Part shown: positions 55,355-64,000 of the stretch, one piece after another
Numbering within the stretch: the stretch's first letter is position 1
Layout: each line of letters begins with the position of its first letter
Assembly: GCA_945919375.1 (NCBI GenBank)
Contig: CAMEJD010000006.1
Span: forward strand, 7,406 to 71,405
Reading direction: 5' to 3'
Source: an uncultured Clostridia bacterium
GTDB taxonomy: Bacteria > Bacillota > Clostridia > Christensenellales > UBA1242
Length of the DNA: 64,000 nucleotides
Program-made: the position numbers and the translations under genes
Notes under the pieces: generated by a model
The model's database searches: none
Told to the model about the DNA's origin: nothing
What the model saw: only the letters and a program-made list of their open reading frames with translations

Positions 55355-57103
55355 TTATTCTTCATCTTTTTTTATTACTTCAATTCCAACATCTTTTAAC
55401 TGTTGTTCACTAACTTTGCTTGGTGCTCCCATAAGCAAATCTCTTGCATTTTTATTTAGTGGGAATGCTATAACATCACGAATAAGTTCATTATCTGTCA
55501 TTATCATAAGCAATCTTTCAAGTCCAAATGCTCCACCAGCATGAGGTGGTGCTCCATAACTAAATGCGTTGTATAATGCACCAAACTTATCTTTTACTGT
55601 TTGTTCATCGTAACCAGCCATTTCAAAAGCCTTTACCATTAAGTCTGTTTGGTGATTTCTTACTGCACCACTCAATGATTCATAACCATTTATTACCAAG
55701 TCGTATTGGTATGCGACAATGCTGTATGGGTCTTTTGCATTAAGTGCATCTATCCCACCTTGTGGCATACTAAATGGATTATGTGCAAAATCTATATTAC
55801 CTGTTTCTTCGTTCTTTTCAAAGAATGGGAAATCACAAATCCAACAAAAAGCGACTTTGTTTTTGTCAATAAGGTCAAGTTGTTTGCCGAGTTCGATTCT
55901 CAAAACATTGGCAAGTTTTGTTGCCATTTCTTTTGTGTCGGCAACCATAAACAAACTTTCTCCACCTTTAAGGTCAAATTCTTTTATCAAGGCATTTTTA
56001 TTGTCATCTGTTAAAAATTTTGATATTGAACCTGTAAATTCTCCGTCATTATACTTTAGCCATGCAAGACCTTTACCTTCATTTTTTACAATAACTGTGC
56101 CAAGTTCATCATAGAATTTTCTGCTTTTACCATCAGCATTTGCACAAATACCTTTAATTGTTTTACCTTTGAATGCATTAAATTCTGTATTTTCAAAAAT
56201 ATTACTCAAATCGTGAACAATAAGTGGATTTCTTAAATCTGGTTTGTCACTGCAATACTTTTCCATTGCAACTTTATATGGTATTCTAACAAAAGGTGCA
56301 GTGCCTACTTCTTTTGTTGTAAATTCCTTGAATAACCCTGTGATAAATTCTTCACAAACCTTCATAACATCGTCTTGAGTTGCAAAACTCATTTCAAAGT
56401 CAATTTGGTAAAATTCACCTGGTGAACGGTCTGCTCTTGCTGCTTCATTTCTAAAGCAAGGTGCAATTTGGAAATATTTGTCAAAACCTGAAATCATCAA
56501 CAGTTGTTTAAATTGTTGTGGTGCTTGTGGAAGTGCATAAAATTCCCCCGGAGCGTTTACTGTTGGAACAATATAATCCCTTGCACCTTCTGGACTTGAA
56601 GATGTCAAGATTGGTGTTTGGACTTCCAAAAATCCCATTTCTGTTAATTTATTTCTAACATAATTTAACACCTTTGCACGAAAAACAATCATTTGATGTG
56701 TTTTTGGATTCCTTAAATCAAGATATCTATATTTTAATCTTAATTCTTCTTTTGTGTTTGGTGCTTCACTAATTTCAAAAGGTAAAACACTTTGACATTT
56801 CCCCAAAAGTTCAATTTTGCTTGCAACAACTTCAATATCCCCTGTTTCCATATTAGGATTTTTACTTGAACGTTCTTGAACAACACCGGAAACAGTTATT
56901 GTGCATTCTTTATTTATGCCATTAAGCATACTTTCTTCATTAACCAAAATTTGTGTGATTCCAAAATGGTCTCTTAATGTAACAAAAGTTATCCCACCAA
57001 GTTTTCTTATTGAGTTTACCCAACCCGCAAGGCGAACTTCTTTGCCAACATCACTTAATCTTAACTCACTACAATTATTAGTTTTGTAAATATTTTCTTG
57101 CAT
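55355..57103 (-). CDS. aspS: Aspartate--tRNA ligase
   Basis: Class IIb motifs (FYALPQAPQQFKQLLMISGFDKYFQIAPCFRNEAARADRSPGEFYQIDFEMSF; GAPPHAGGAFGLERL). ATG 57103 follows GGAG. The track ORF starts 4 codons earlier, at 57115. Confidence 0.95.
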   Translation of the reverse strand: MQENIYKTNNCSELRLSDVGKEVRLAGWVNSIRKLGGITFVTLRDHFGITQILVNEESMLNGINKECTITVSGVVQERSSKNPNMETGDIEVVASKIELLGKCQSVLPFEISEAPNTKEELRLKYRYLDLRNPKTHQMIVFRAKVLNYVRNKLTEMGFLEVQTPILTSSSPEGARDYIVPTVNAPGEFYALPQAPQQFKQLLMISGFDKYFQIAPCFRNEAARADRSPGEFYQIDFEMSFATQDDVMKVCEEFITGLFKEFTTKEVGTAPFVRIPYKVAMEKYCSDKPDLRNPLIVHDLSNIFENTEFNAFKGKTIKGICANADGKSRKFYDELGTVIVKNEGKGLAWLKYNDGEFTGSISKFLTDDNKNALIKEFDLKGGESLFMVADTKEMATKLANVLRIELGKQLDLIDKNKVAFCWICDFPFFEKNEETGNIDFAHNPFSMPQGGIDALNAKDPYSIVAYQYDLVINGYESLSGAVRNHQTDLMVKAFEMAGYDEQTVKDKFGALYNAFSYGAPPHAGGAFGLERLLMIMTDNELIRDVIAFPLNKNARDLLMGAPSKVSEQQLKDVGIEVIKKDEE

Positions 57104-57240
57104 TTTTTTCTCCATAATTTTACAAATTGTATTTTACAACTAAATATAATATTAGTCAATCAAAAGTAATTGGAATAAAGAGATTTCTCCAAAACAAAAT
57201 TTTGAAGATAAAGTTGAAATGATATTTCACAGGTTCCCCC

Positions 57241-57269
57241 TTGACAGTGCACTTCCCCAATAGTAAAAT
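57241..57269 (+). promoter_or_regulatory. Sigma-A-type promoter TTGACA-N17-TAAAAT
   Basis: TTGACA at 57241-57246 and TAAAAT at 57264-57269, upstream of 57291. Confidence 0.55.
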
Positions 57270-57290
57270 AAAAATAGATATGGGGCAGGT

Positions 57291-57872
57291 ATGGAAGTTT
57301 TAATAAACAAAAACGATTATGTAAAATTGGTTAGTTTTAATTCTAAAGATTTTGAAAAATGTAGAGATGAAATCAACAATGGAATGAACAGAGTTTCTTC
57401 AAGTTTTGAATACTCAAATGACAACTATGACCAAGATAAAGCACTTGAAGTGTTAAACAAATGGAATGAAAACTTTTTTGAAAGAGAAGACACAAATGGC
57501 AAAATTTACTTTTTGTATATAAAAAATGACGAAGGTGTCTTGCTCCCAATGGCATATGCAATGTATTCAAAAAGCGATAGGCCAAATGCGTATCATTTGG
57601 AATTTATCTCTGTGCATAATGATTACACAAGTTGTGGCTATGGCGAATGGCTACTCAAAAAATCGGCGCAAGACTTGGCAAAACAAGATGTAAAAGAAAT
57701 CACTTGCACAATCAATAATCATAATATTGCAAGCCTGCATATGCACGATAATTTTGCAAAAAAGAATAACCTTGAACTATATAGAAACAATCTTGGCTTT
57801 GGTCAAGAATGGGTATTTGATATCACACCACTAAAGAAAAGCAAAGTTACAGAAACTGATATGATTTTATAA
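57291..57872 (+). CDS. GNAT-family acetyltransferase (probable)
   Basis: LEFISVHNDYTSCGYGEWLLKKSAQDLA resembles GNAT motif A (..G.G..LL). 193 aa. Confidence 0.5.
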   Translation: MEVLINKNDYVKLVSFNSKDFEKCRDEINNGMNRVSSSFEYSNDNYDQDKALEVLNKWNENFFEREDTNGKIYFLYIKNDEGVLLPMAYAMYSKSDRPNAYHLEFISVHNDYTSCGYGEWLLKKSAQDLAKQDVKEITCTINNHNIASLHMHDNFAKKNNLELYRNNLGFGQEWVFDITPLKKSKVTETDMIL

Positions 57873-57884
57873 AAGCTAACAAAA

Positions 57885-57915
57885 AAATTCACTAGTATGG
57901 GCTAGTGAATTTTTT
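57885..57915. terminator. Bidirectional intrinsic terminator
   Basis: AAATTCACTAG-TATGGG-CTAGTGAATTT flanked by an A7 run and a T-run. Confidence 0.75.
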
Positions 57916-57922
57916 ATATCGT

Positions 57923-59590
57923 TTATGAACCAGAAGTTGTTGATGGGTTGACTGTTACTGTCCCATCAGTGCAAGTTACAACAACATCTTTGTTGCCACA
58001 AAAGAAATCTGTTCCTATTCCTTTAATAGCATTCCATTGTGATACTGTTCCAGTATATATTACAGATTTTAACTTGTCGCAAAGCAAGAAAGCATTCTCA
58101 GCAATCTCTATTACACTTGAAGGAAGCGTTACTGTGGTAAGATTACTGCATTCGCTGAATGCACTTCCTTCAATTATCTCAACCCCACTTGGAATTACAA
58201 ATGAAGATTTATCCATACAACTTCCAAACGCACCTGTGCCTATAATTTTAACACTCAATGGAATGCTTGAATTCTTACAACCTAGGACCAATCTATTTGT
58301 CGCTGTTTCAATTAAACAATTTGAACCATCTGGGCAATTGTAAACCGTGTTGCCTGCTTCAACTGAAATAGATGTTAGATTTTCAAATTCAGCAGTTTCC
58401 AATATCGATCCGCTTTCTTCATCTTTAAGGTAACATATTATTTTCTTTAAACTTGCCGGGATTTCAATTTTTGTTACATTTTTAATGTTTGTTTCTATTG
58501 ATATTGATGCAAGTGCTTCGCCCGCAATTAATTTTACTCCTTCTAGCATTTCTTTTGTAATTTCAGTAACTGTTAATTTTTTACTTGCAAGCCAATATTT
58601 TACCGAAGAATTGTCACTTGCCGAAACAATTCCAAATCCTTTTTCTGTAAAAGTAATTGCTGTTAATGGTATTGCTAGATATCCAATATATTCAATAGTA
58701 CTTGGCAATTCTATACTCTTAATTAATTCGCACCCAAAAAATGCTCCACCCATTATATGTGTCAGCTTTGTATTGTTTGCAAACGAAATACTAGTGAATC
58801 CGCACTGATAGAAAGCGTTAACACCTATTGTCGTCAATTTTGAACCACTTTCGAATGTAAGACTAGTTAATCCAGATGAATAAAATGCCTCATTATTGAT
58901 GTTTGTAACATTGGCAGGAATTACAATTTCTGTCAATGCTCTACAACCATAAAATGCTCTTGGCCCTATTTCTGTTAATTGTGAATTAGTTCCAATAGTT
59001 ACACTAGCCAAACTAGTGCACTTCTCAAAAGTAGAGAACTCTATACTTGTCACCTTGCTTGGAATATTTATTTTTGTAATGTTTGAACCTGAAAATGAAC
59101 CAAATGCTGTTATTGGCAAATCTTCCCCGTCAAAGTTATATGTTTCAGGAATCGTAACTTCTCCAGATAAAGTGGTTATATCAATTGGTGCAACACTCAA
59201 TTCTTTCCCACCATTTATTTTTGTATACCTTAACTCAGTGGACGTGTCATCAACAAAAGAAGTTACAGAAATTGTGACATTCATTTTATTTTCATCCGAA
59301 GTTATATCCTCAGTGTGTGCTATAACAATACACAATGGAAACTCAGATTCGCCCCCTCCTATGGGTGTATTTCCTGTTAATGATGACGAAGGCTCTATGA
59401 CAAAAGCAAATGGTTTAACATTTTCCACTTCACTAAATGTGGCACAGTTTTGCGATATAAATTCTATCGCAAGCACTTTAAGATCGCTACCATTTTTATC
59501 TTTTAAACTTACACTAACATTTAAAGCATTATTTCCCTCTGGCAAATCAGTAATTTTATAGTTATATATCCATGAATATACATAGTTCAT
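57923..59590 (-). CDS. BspA-type LRR protein lacking its own signal/anchor (probably the detached C-terminal part of 59641-60357)
   Basis: LRR_5 repeats (IPSKVTSIEFSTFEKCTSLASVTIGTNSQLTEIGPRAFYGCRALTEIVIPANVTNINNEAFYSSGLTSLTF) and the family tail VIYTGTVSQWNAI...VVTCTDGTVTV. There is no hydrophobic N-terminus, and the frame is open 24 codons upstream of the first ATG. Confidence 0.7.
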   Translation of the reverse strand: MNYVYSWIYNYKITDLPEGNNALNVSVSLKDKNGSDLKVLAIEFISQNCATFSEVENVKPFAFVIEPSSSLTGNTPIGGGESEFPLCIVIAHTEDITSDENKMNVTISVTSFVDDTSTELRYTKINGGKELSVAPIDITTLSGEVTIPETYNFDGEDLPITAFGSFSGSNITKINIPSKVTSIEFSTFEKCTSLASVTIGTNSQLTEIGPRAFYGCRALTEIVIPANVTNINNEAFYSSGLTSLTFESGSKLTTIGVNAFYQCGFTSISFANNTKLTHIMGGAFFGCELIKSIELPSTIEYIGYLAIPLTAITFTEKGFGIVSASDNSSVKYWLASKKLTVTEITKEMLEGVKLIAGEALASISIETNIKNVTKIEIPASLKKIICYLKDEESGSILETAEFENLTSISVEAGNTVYNCPDGSNCLIETATNRLVLGCKNSSIPLSVKIIGTGAFGSCMDKSSFVIPSGVEIIEGSAFSECSNLTTVTLPSSVIEIAENAFLLCDKLKSVIYTGTVSQWNAIKGIGTDFFCGNKDVVVTCTDGTVTVNPSTTSGS

Positions 59591-59640
59591 ATTTTCATAA
59601 TGACTTGCATCAAGTGTTTCTGTTAAGGAAATTGTATTCT

Positions 59641-60357
59641 TTATTTTTGTGGCAATCCTACTTGAGTAAATTCTCCAGTTCCTTCATCTCTATCTTTACT
59701 TAATGAAATAAGTGTACCTGATGGTTGGGTGTAATCGCCAATGGCGATTTCTATATTATATGAGAAGGTTGGTTTACTATCAATTGATATAGTTTTGTCT
59801 TTTATTGTATATGCCAAAACCAAGTTCTTCCCAATATTAACACCTGATAATGGTTTTTGTATGCCATTTTGATAACTTGTTTTATAAAAATAACTATTTA
59901 TTTTACTTTGGTCTTGAACTACATCTTTAACACAAGCATAGTACGAAACATCACTTGTCAAACTTTGCACGTTGATAACAATAAAATATGTACCAAAATT
60001 GTTGTAATCTAATGTTATTTTTTTATCATTTGGCAAAGAAATCGTTCCTGTTTCATTACCTGTTGTTGTGAAGGTAAATTCATCATTAGCATATGTATAT
60101 TCGCTTGGAACAGTTAGCCCAGCACTTTCAAGTTCTTTTGCCTTGGTTTTTAAACTCGCTTCATCACTAGAAACTTTTTGCTTATAAATTCTTGTGGTGA
60201 CAGTAACAAAGACATCTTCAACAGTATATTTGATTGACCCCTCAATTGTGTAGTTGACTTGTGTAATTGCAAAAACTCCGACTCCCAAAATTACAATGGA
60301 TAAACAAAATAGTGCAATTGACAATAAAAATTTGTAATCTTTTTTATGTTGTTTCAC
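59641..60357 (-). CDS. Surface-anchored family N-module protein
   Basis: GTG start 8 nt after GGAGGG. MKQHKKDYKFLLSIALFCLSIVILGVGVFAITQVNYTIEGSIKYTVEDVFVTVTTRIYKQ aligns with the paralogs. It ends ...GLPQK at CAA AAA TAA. Confidence 0.65.
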   Translation of the reverse strand: MKQHKKDYKFLLSIALFCLSIVILGVGVFAITQVNYTIEGSIKYTVEDVFVTVTTRIYKQKVSSDEASLKTKAKELESAGLTVPSEYTYANDEFTFTTTGNETGTISLPNDKKITLDYNNFGTYFIVINVQSLTSDVSYYACVKDVVQDQSKINSYFYKTSYQNGIQKPLSGVNIGKNLVLAYTIKDKTISIDSKPTFSYNIEIAIGDYTQPSGTLISLSKDRDEGTGEFTQVGLPQK

Positions 60358-60453
60358 TTCACACCCTCCACAAAAATAAGTTAACCTTCTTTATCCGATT
60401 TATGCACAAAAAACATCAATGCTTTGCAAAATGGCATAAAGTCAACTTTTTTT

Positions 60454-60483
60454 TATTATAACTTTACCAATTTTGTTTTGTCA
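60454..60483 (-). promoter_or_regulatory. Sigma-A-type promoter TTGACA-N18-TATAAT
   Basis: Minus strand: TTGACA at 60478-60483 and TATAAT at 60454-60459. Confidence 0.5.
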
Positions 60484-60709
60484 AATAAAAAAGGCCACGA
60501 AAGAATAATAAAGCTATTATTTTTTTATAGCCCATATATTTCATATATGAAAATACAAAAGTCGTCATCTTGCAAATTTCCAAAGTTGTTAAAATTTCTA
60601 ACAAGTGGAACTTTGTGTCCAGCAATCAAATTTACATAAATATTGTAAAAAGTTCATTCTATCATTGTTTTCTTAACGTTCTAGAAAGAAAATCTCATCT
60701 GCCTTTATT

Positions 60710-62740
60710 CTATTTTTCATTATATCTCAACACTCTCAAACTGTTGAGAATTGCAAGAAGTGTAACTCCAACATCGGCAATAACAGCACTTAACATTCCA
60801 GTTATTCCCAAAGTGCCCAAAGTTAAAAATGTTAGTTTTGTTACTGCTGAAAGAATAATATTTTGCCAAACAATTTTTCTTGTAAATTTTGAAATTTTAA
60901 TTGCTTCAACAATTTTTTGTGGGTTATCGTTTGCAATAACAATGTCTGATGCTTCAATGCTTGCTTCACTTCCATTGAGCCCCATACTAATGCCAACATC
61001 GGCAAGTGTTAAGCTTGGTGCATCGTTTATTCCATCGCCAACATATGCCATAACAACTTTTTGTTTTTTTTGATTTTCAATAAATTTGTATTTATCTTCT
61101 GGAAGAAGTTTTCCATATGCTTCATCAAGTCCAACTTCTTTTGCAACATCTTTTACAACACTTTCATTATCACCAGAAAGCATAATAGTTTTTATACCCA
61201 TTGCCTTTAAATCTTTTATGCAAGGTTTTGTGCTTTCTTTAATTTCATCACAAAGTTCAATTATTCCAATAAGTATGTCATTTTCATAAACTTCAACCAT
61301 TGTTTTTTGCAAATCTTTTTGTTTTCTACCAACAAAATATTTGTTGTTATTATATTCAAAATACACGCCTTCACCCGCAATTTCTTTAATTTTTTCTAAT
61401 ATTGGCAACTTTTGTGTGCAATTTCTTGTAATTCCTTTTGCAAGTGGATGGTTTGAATATTGTTCGCCAAGACAAGCAAAATATACAATTTCTTCTTTTT
61501 TATATTCACCTTTTTGAATAACGTTTACTATTTCAAACTCGCCGGTTGTAAGTGTCCCTGTTTTATCAAAATCAACTGCTTTGATTTTTGTAAGTACATC
61601 AAGATAATTTGAGCCTTTTACCAAAATACCCTTTCTCGACGCATTTCCAATACCTGAAAAGTATGAAAGCGGAACAGAAATTGCAAAGGCACAAGGGCAA
61701 GAGATAACCAAAAAAATGAGCCCACGATATATTGCTGTATTTAGGTTTTGTGTAACTGCCCAAACAATTCCCCAAACACCAATTGCAAGCAAAATGATAC
61801 CAAGTGTGTACCACCTTGCAATTTTTGAGATAACAGTTTCCGTTTTTGCTTTTTTGTCACTTGCATTTTCAATAAGGTTTAAAATTTTACTAACTGTACT
61901 ATTTTTATATTCCTTTGTTGCCTTTATATATAAAACACCATCAAGAACAATTGACCCAGAAAGGACTTCGTCACCTTCACTTACACTTACAGGCAAACTT
62001 TCGCCCGTTAAACTTTGTGTGTTTAAGGTCACATTCCTAGAAATAACCACGCCGTCAACGGCAACCTTTTCACCTGCCTTAACGATTATTGTATCTCCAA
62101 TTTTAATTTCACTAGGGTCAACTTTGATTTCTTCATTGTTTTCATTTACCAAATATGCAAACTCTGGTTTTATATTTGTTAATTCTTCAATTGACTTTTT
62201 TGACTTATTAAGTGCAGCGCTTTCCAAAATTTTTCCAATTGTATAAAGCCCAACAACCATAAGTCCATCACAATGTTCGCCCACAAGAGTTGCACCAATA
62301 ACCGACAATGTTACCAAAAAGTTTTCGTTTATTGTACCTTTGAGTAATAATTTTAATGCCCGATAGTAAGTTTTGTAACCCATAAGCAAAGCACTTGAAA
62401 CAAACATTGTCCAATATAACCAAGTTGGCATTTTTACTGTAAGTGTGATAATTGCAAGAACAAGACCAAGCAAAAGCAAGCAAACATCAAGCAAAACACC
62501 ATTTTTTGATTTGTTGCTTTTGTTATTGTCAACAACAATTTTTGCATCAGGTTCAACCTGCTTTGCAATTTTGATTGCTTCTTCAACTGCCTTTTGGTCA
62601 TCATCGCTTTTAATTTCCAAAGTTGATTTAACAAATTCAATCTTTGCACTCTTGATATATTTGCCGGTGTTTAGTTGTTCTTCCAATGCTCTTGCACAAT
62701 TTGGACATTCCAAACCTTGTATCTTATATTTTTTTGTCAT
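60710..62740 (-). CDS. cadA: Heavy-metal P1B-type ATPase, Cd/Zn/Co-like
   Basis: N-terminal HMA (GLECPNCARALE), TM6 SCPCAFAISVPLSYFSGIGNASRKGILVKG (CadA/ZntA-like rather than CopA-like), DKTGTLT and VGDGINDAP. Confidence 0.9.
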   Translation of the reverse strand: MTKKYKIQGLECPNCARALEEQLNTGKYIKSAKIEFVKSTLEIKSDDDQKAVEEAIKIAKQVEPDAKIVVDNNKSNKSKNGVLLDVCLLLLGLVLAIITLTVKMPTWLYWTMFVSSALLMGYKTYYRALKLLLKGTINENFLVTLSVIGATLVGEHCDGLMVVGLYTIGKILESAALNKSKKSIEELTNIKPEFAYLVNENNEEIKVDPSEIKIGDTIIVKAGEKVAVDGVVISRNVTLNTQSLTGESLPVSVSEGDEVLSGSIVLDGVLYIKATKEYKNSTVSKILNLIENASDKKAKTETVISKIARWYTLGIILLAIGVWGIVWAVTQNLNTAIYRGLIFLVISCPCAFAISVPLSYFSGIGNASRKGILVKGSNYLDVLTKIKAVDFDKTGTLTTGEFEIVNVIQKGEYKKEEIVYFACLGEQYSNHPLAKGITRNCTQKLPILEKIKEIAGEGVYFEYNNNKYFVGRKQKDLQKTMVEVYENDILIGIIELCDEIKESTKPCIKDLKAMGIKTIMLSGDNESVVKDVAKEVGLDEAYGKLLPEDKYKFIENQKKQKVVMAYVGDGINDAPSLTLADVGISMGLNGSEASIEASDIVIANDNPQKIVEAIKISKFTRKIVWQNIILSAVTKLTFLTLGTLGITGMLSAVIADVGVTLLAILNSLRVLRYNEK

Positions 62741-62757
62741 TTTGCTCCTTTTATATA

Positions 62758-62771
62758 TGAATAACTATTCA
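62758..62771. promoter_or_regulatory. Inverted repeat TGAATA-AC-TATTCA next to the cadA RBS; candidate metalloregulator operator
   Basis: Read directly, with 6-bp perfect arms, about 10 nt upstream of the GGAG. Confidence 0.35.
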
Positions 62772-62853
62772 ACTGTTGTTTTATCCTAATATCTCTATTG
62801 CATATAATATAACCTAAATTACCTATTGTCATATGATATTACTTTTTTAATAA

Positions 62854-62869
62854 TTGAATTATTATTCAA
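62854..62869. promoter_or_regulatory. Inverted repeat TTGAAT-TATT-ATTCAA; second candidate operator
   Basis: Read directly, with 6-bp perfect arms. It shares ATTCAACTGT with the 62758 site. Confidence 0.35.
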
Positions 62870-62975
62870 CTGTAATTATAATAAACTTTTACATTTACCA
62901 TGTCAAACAGTTTGCGTAATTTTCTTGACTTGTTCTTGGTATATTTATTATATTTTAATTGTAGCATAATATTTA

Positions 62976-63554
62976 ATGGAGTTACAAATGAACAAAAAGA
63001 AAACTATGTGGACTGTTGTTATTTTAACATGTTTATTTAACTTGTTATTTATCTTAAACCTAGTTTATTGCCTATATGCAGACTTCTTGGGTTGGCAGTT
63101 CTCCACTTTTATCACATTTTTTATGTTAGCATACCATTTTGACATAAGATTACTGATCGGTTGGTTTTTTACAAGATTTATAAAAAGACACATAAATATT
63201 GAAAGTAGAATATATGTTGTCACTGACAAACAATATGCGTTATATAACAAACTAAAAGTAAGAAAGTGGAAAGATAAATACTTTGCTATGGATAAATCTC
63301 AGTTCGTTATGACCAACAATCTCGATGTAATTTTAAAAAATAACATTTGTGCCGAACTTAGCCATATTTGTTGTGTTATTTTTAGTTTTTTATCAATCTT
63401 TTTTGGATGCTTACTATCAACTGATGAATGGTGGATATATGTTTTAACTTCAGTAATTTCTTCAATAGTTGTTGATATAATGCCTATTATTATTCAAAGA
63501 TTTAATAGATATCGACTTCAAAAATTATATAATATAAAAAATAAGAAAGAGTGA
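62976..63554 (+). CDS. Polytopic membrane protein, unknown function
   Basis: 192-aa ORF with four or five hydrophobic segments and no recognisable motif. Confidence 0.45.
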   Translation: MELQMNKKKTMWTVVILTCLFNLLFILNLVYCLYADFLGWQFSTFITFFMLAYHFDIRLLIGWFFTRFIKRHINIESRIYVVTDKQYALYNKLKVRKWKDKYFAMDKSQFVMTNNLDVILKNNICAELSHICCVIFSFLSIFFGCLLSTDEWWIYVLTSVISSIVVDIMPIIIQRFNRYRLQKLYNIKNKKE

Positions 63555-63596
63555 TAATATATGCGCAAAAATTTTTACCAAAAGACAAAAAAGTTG

Positions 63597-63625
63597 TTGA
63601 CAATATTTGACATATATATTATAAT
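63597..63625 (+). promoter_or_regulatory. Sigma-A-type promoter TTGACA-N17-TATAAT upstream of the tRNA-Ile region
   Basis: TTGACA at 63597-63602 and TATAAT at 63620-63625. Confidence 0.6.
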
Positions 63626-63676
63626 GCAAGAGTTAGTAAGCGAGCCGAATAAATCGGTCACTTATCAAATAGCTGA

Positions 63677-63719
63677 TGGAATGTAGCTCAGCCGGTTAGA
63701 GCACCACCCTGATAAGGTG
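63677..63719 (+). pseudogene. Truncated 5' copy (43 nt: acceptor 5' strand, D-arm, anticodon arm) of tRNA-Ile(GAU)
   Basis: 63675-63719 is identical to 63776-63820 (GATGGAATGTAGCTCAGCCGGTTAGAGCACCACCCTGATAAGGTG). It then diverges (TGCCGAGAGC...), so there is no T-arm or 3' acceptor strand. Confidence 0.8.
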
Positions 63720-63777
63720 TGCCGAGAGCTAAAATCCAACATTATTGACAGATGCAAAAGTCACTAAAACATACCGA

Positions 63778-63854
63778 TGGAATGTAGCTCAGCCGGTTAG
63801 AGCACCACCCTGATAAGGTGGGGGTCGGTGGTTCGAGTCCACTCATTCCAACCA
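63778..63854 (+). tRNA. tRNA-Ile (anticodon GAU), encoded CCA
   Basis: Acceptor TGGAATG/CATTCCA, anticodon stem CCACC/GGTGG with loop CTGATAA, TTCGAGT T-loop and terminal ACCA. Confidence 0.85.
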
Positions 63855-63859
63855 AATTT

Positions 63860-63886
63860 GAGAGCGAATTTCGCTCTCATTTTTTA
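63860..63886 (+). terminator. Intrinsic terminator after tRNA-Ile
   Basis: GAGAGCG-AATTT-CGCTCTC followed by ATTTTTT. Confidence 0.75.
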
Positions 63887-64000
63887 TCCAAAAAGTGGCT
63901 AAAACCCAGTAATTTCGGGCATTTCAGGACTTTTACCAAAAATTAATTTTTAGAAATTTGAGCGTCTTGAAATCGAAATTTTTACTTTAAATTTTGACAT

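Noticed and set aside
57116-57290. Expected T-box leader upstream of aspS.
   Set aside because: On the minus strand there is no specifier-loop, T-box (AGGGTGGTACCGCG-like) or terminator/antiterminator arrangement. The region instead holds a plus-strand promoter for the divergent GNAT gene.
60358-60709. Short hydrophobic minus-strand ORFs (19 and 34 aa) in the gap between the cadA stop and the surface-protein promoter, as possible type I toxins.
   Set aside because: There is no RBS, no flanking antisense promoter/terminator pair and no repeat of the peptide elsewhere. The evidence is insufficient.
63720-63777. The 56-nt spacer between the tRNA-Ile half-copy and the full copy as a tRNA intron.
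   Set aside because: The sequence after the spacer restarts at tRNA position 1 instead of continuing from the anticodon arm. This is a duplication, not an interrupted gene.
1-64000. Mobile elements, prophage, rRNA operon, restriction-modification or toxin-antitoxin modules.
   Set aside because: No translated ORF shows transposase (DDE, Y1), integrase or recombinase, phage structural, methyltransferase/endonuclease or classic TA motifs. tRNA-Ile(GAU) is not flanked by rRNA sequence in the window.

Overview
Low-GC Firmicutes/Clostridia-type chromosomal segment using the standard genetic code: uvrA ends in TGA and clpC in TAA. Most genes are on the minus strand. The core content is uvrA, tsaC/sua5, rubrerythrin, greA, rpmG-secE-nusG-rplK-rplA, mcsA-mcsB-clpC (no ctsR), aspS, an RNase R-type nuclease, ttcA, tcdA, a RumA/RlmCD-type methyltransferase, secG, veg, a Cd/Zn-type P-type ATPase and a fused MacB-type ABC transporter. 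There are also endospore genes (spoIIR-sleB-ypeB, a DUF3794/LysM protein) and five tRNAs (Leu-UAG, Gln-CUG, Gln-UUG, Lys-UUU, Ile-GAU). I saw no rRNA, CRISPR array, transposase or integrase. The main observations are listed below.

1. An unrecognised structured repeat family occurs in intergenic clusters at 14.3-14.74 kb and 46.9-47.3 kb, with an inverted diverged relative at 17.0-17.2 kb. It is a long hairpin with a conserved distal half (CGCAGGAGTTTGS-N4-SCAAATGACTGTG). The basal helix differs in sequence but stays complementary in each copy.
2. At least four paralogous N-terminally anchored surface proteins share a family N-module, usually fused to BspA-type LRRs. One has a G9 tract in its promoter spacer. 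Another is split at a CAAAAAT site where a -1 shift would restore the fusion.
3. A two-gene operon encodes a 307-aa anchored protein and a 1926-aa anchored giant. The giant has at least seven internal modules and C-terminal Listeria-Bacteroides repeats.
4. A Rho-like protein has lost its P-loop.
5. An overlapping pair of metallophosphoesterases (one apparently active, one degenerate) is followed by a zinc-ribbon gene.
6. Several genes are disrupted: XRE with two in-frame TAA codons, RNase R split by TAA-TAA-AAT-TAA, and a frameshifted, internally deleted CaCA antiporter.

All coordinates were counted by hand and may be off by 1-2 nt. All homology calls are from motif recognition, not searches.
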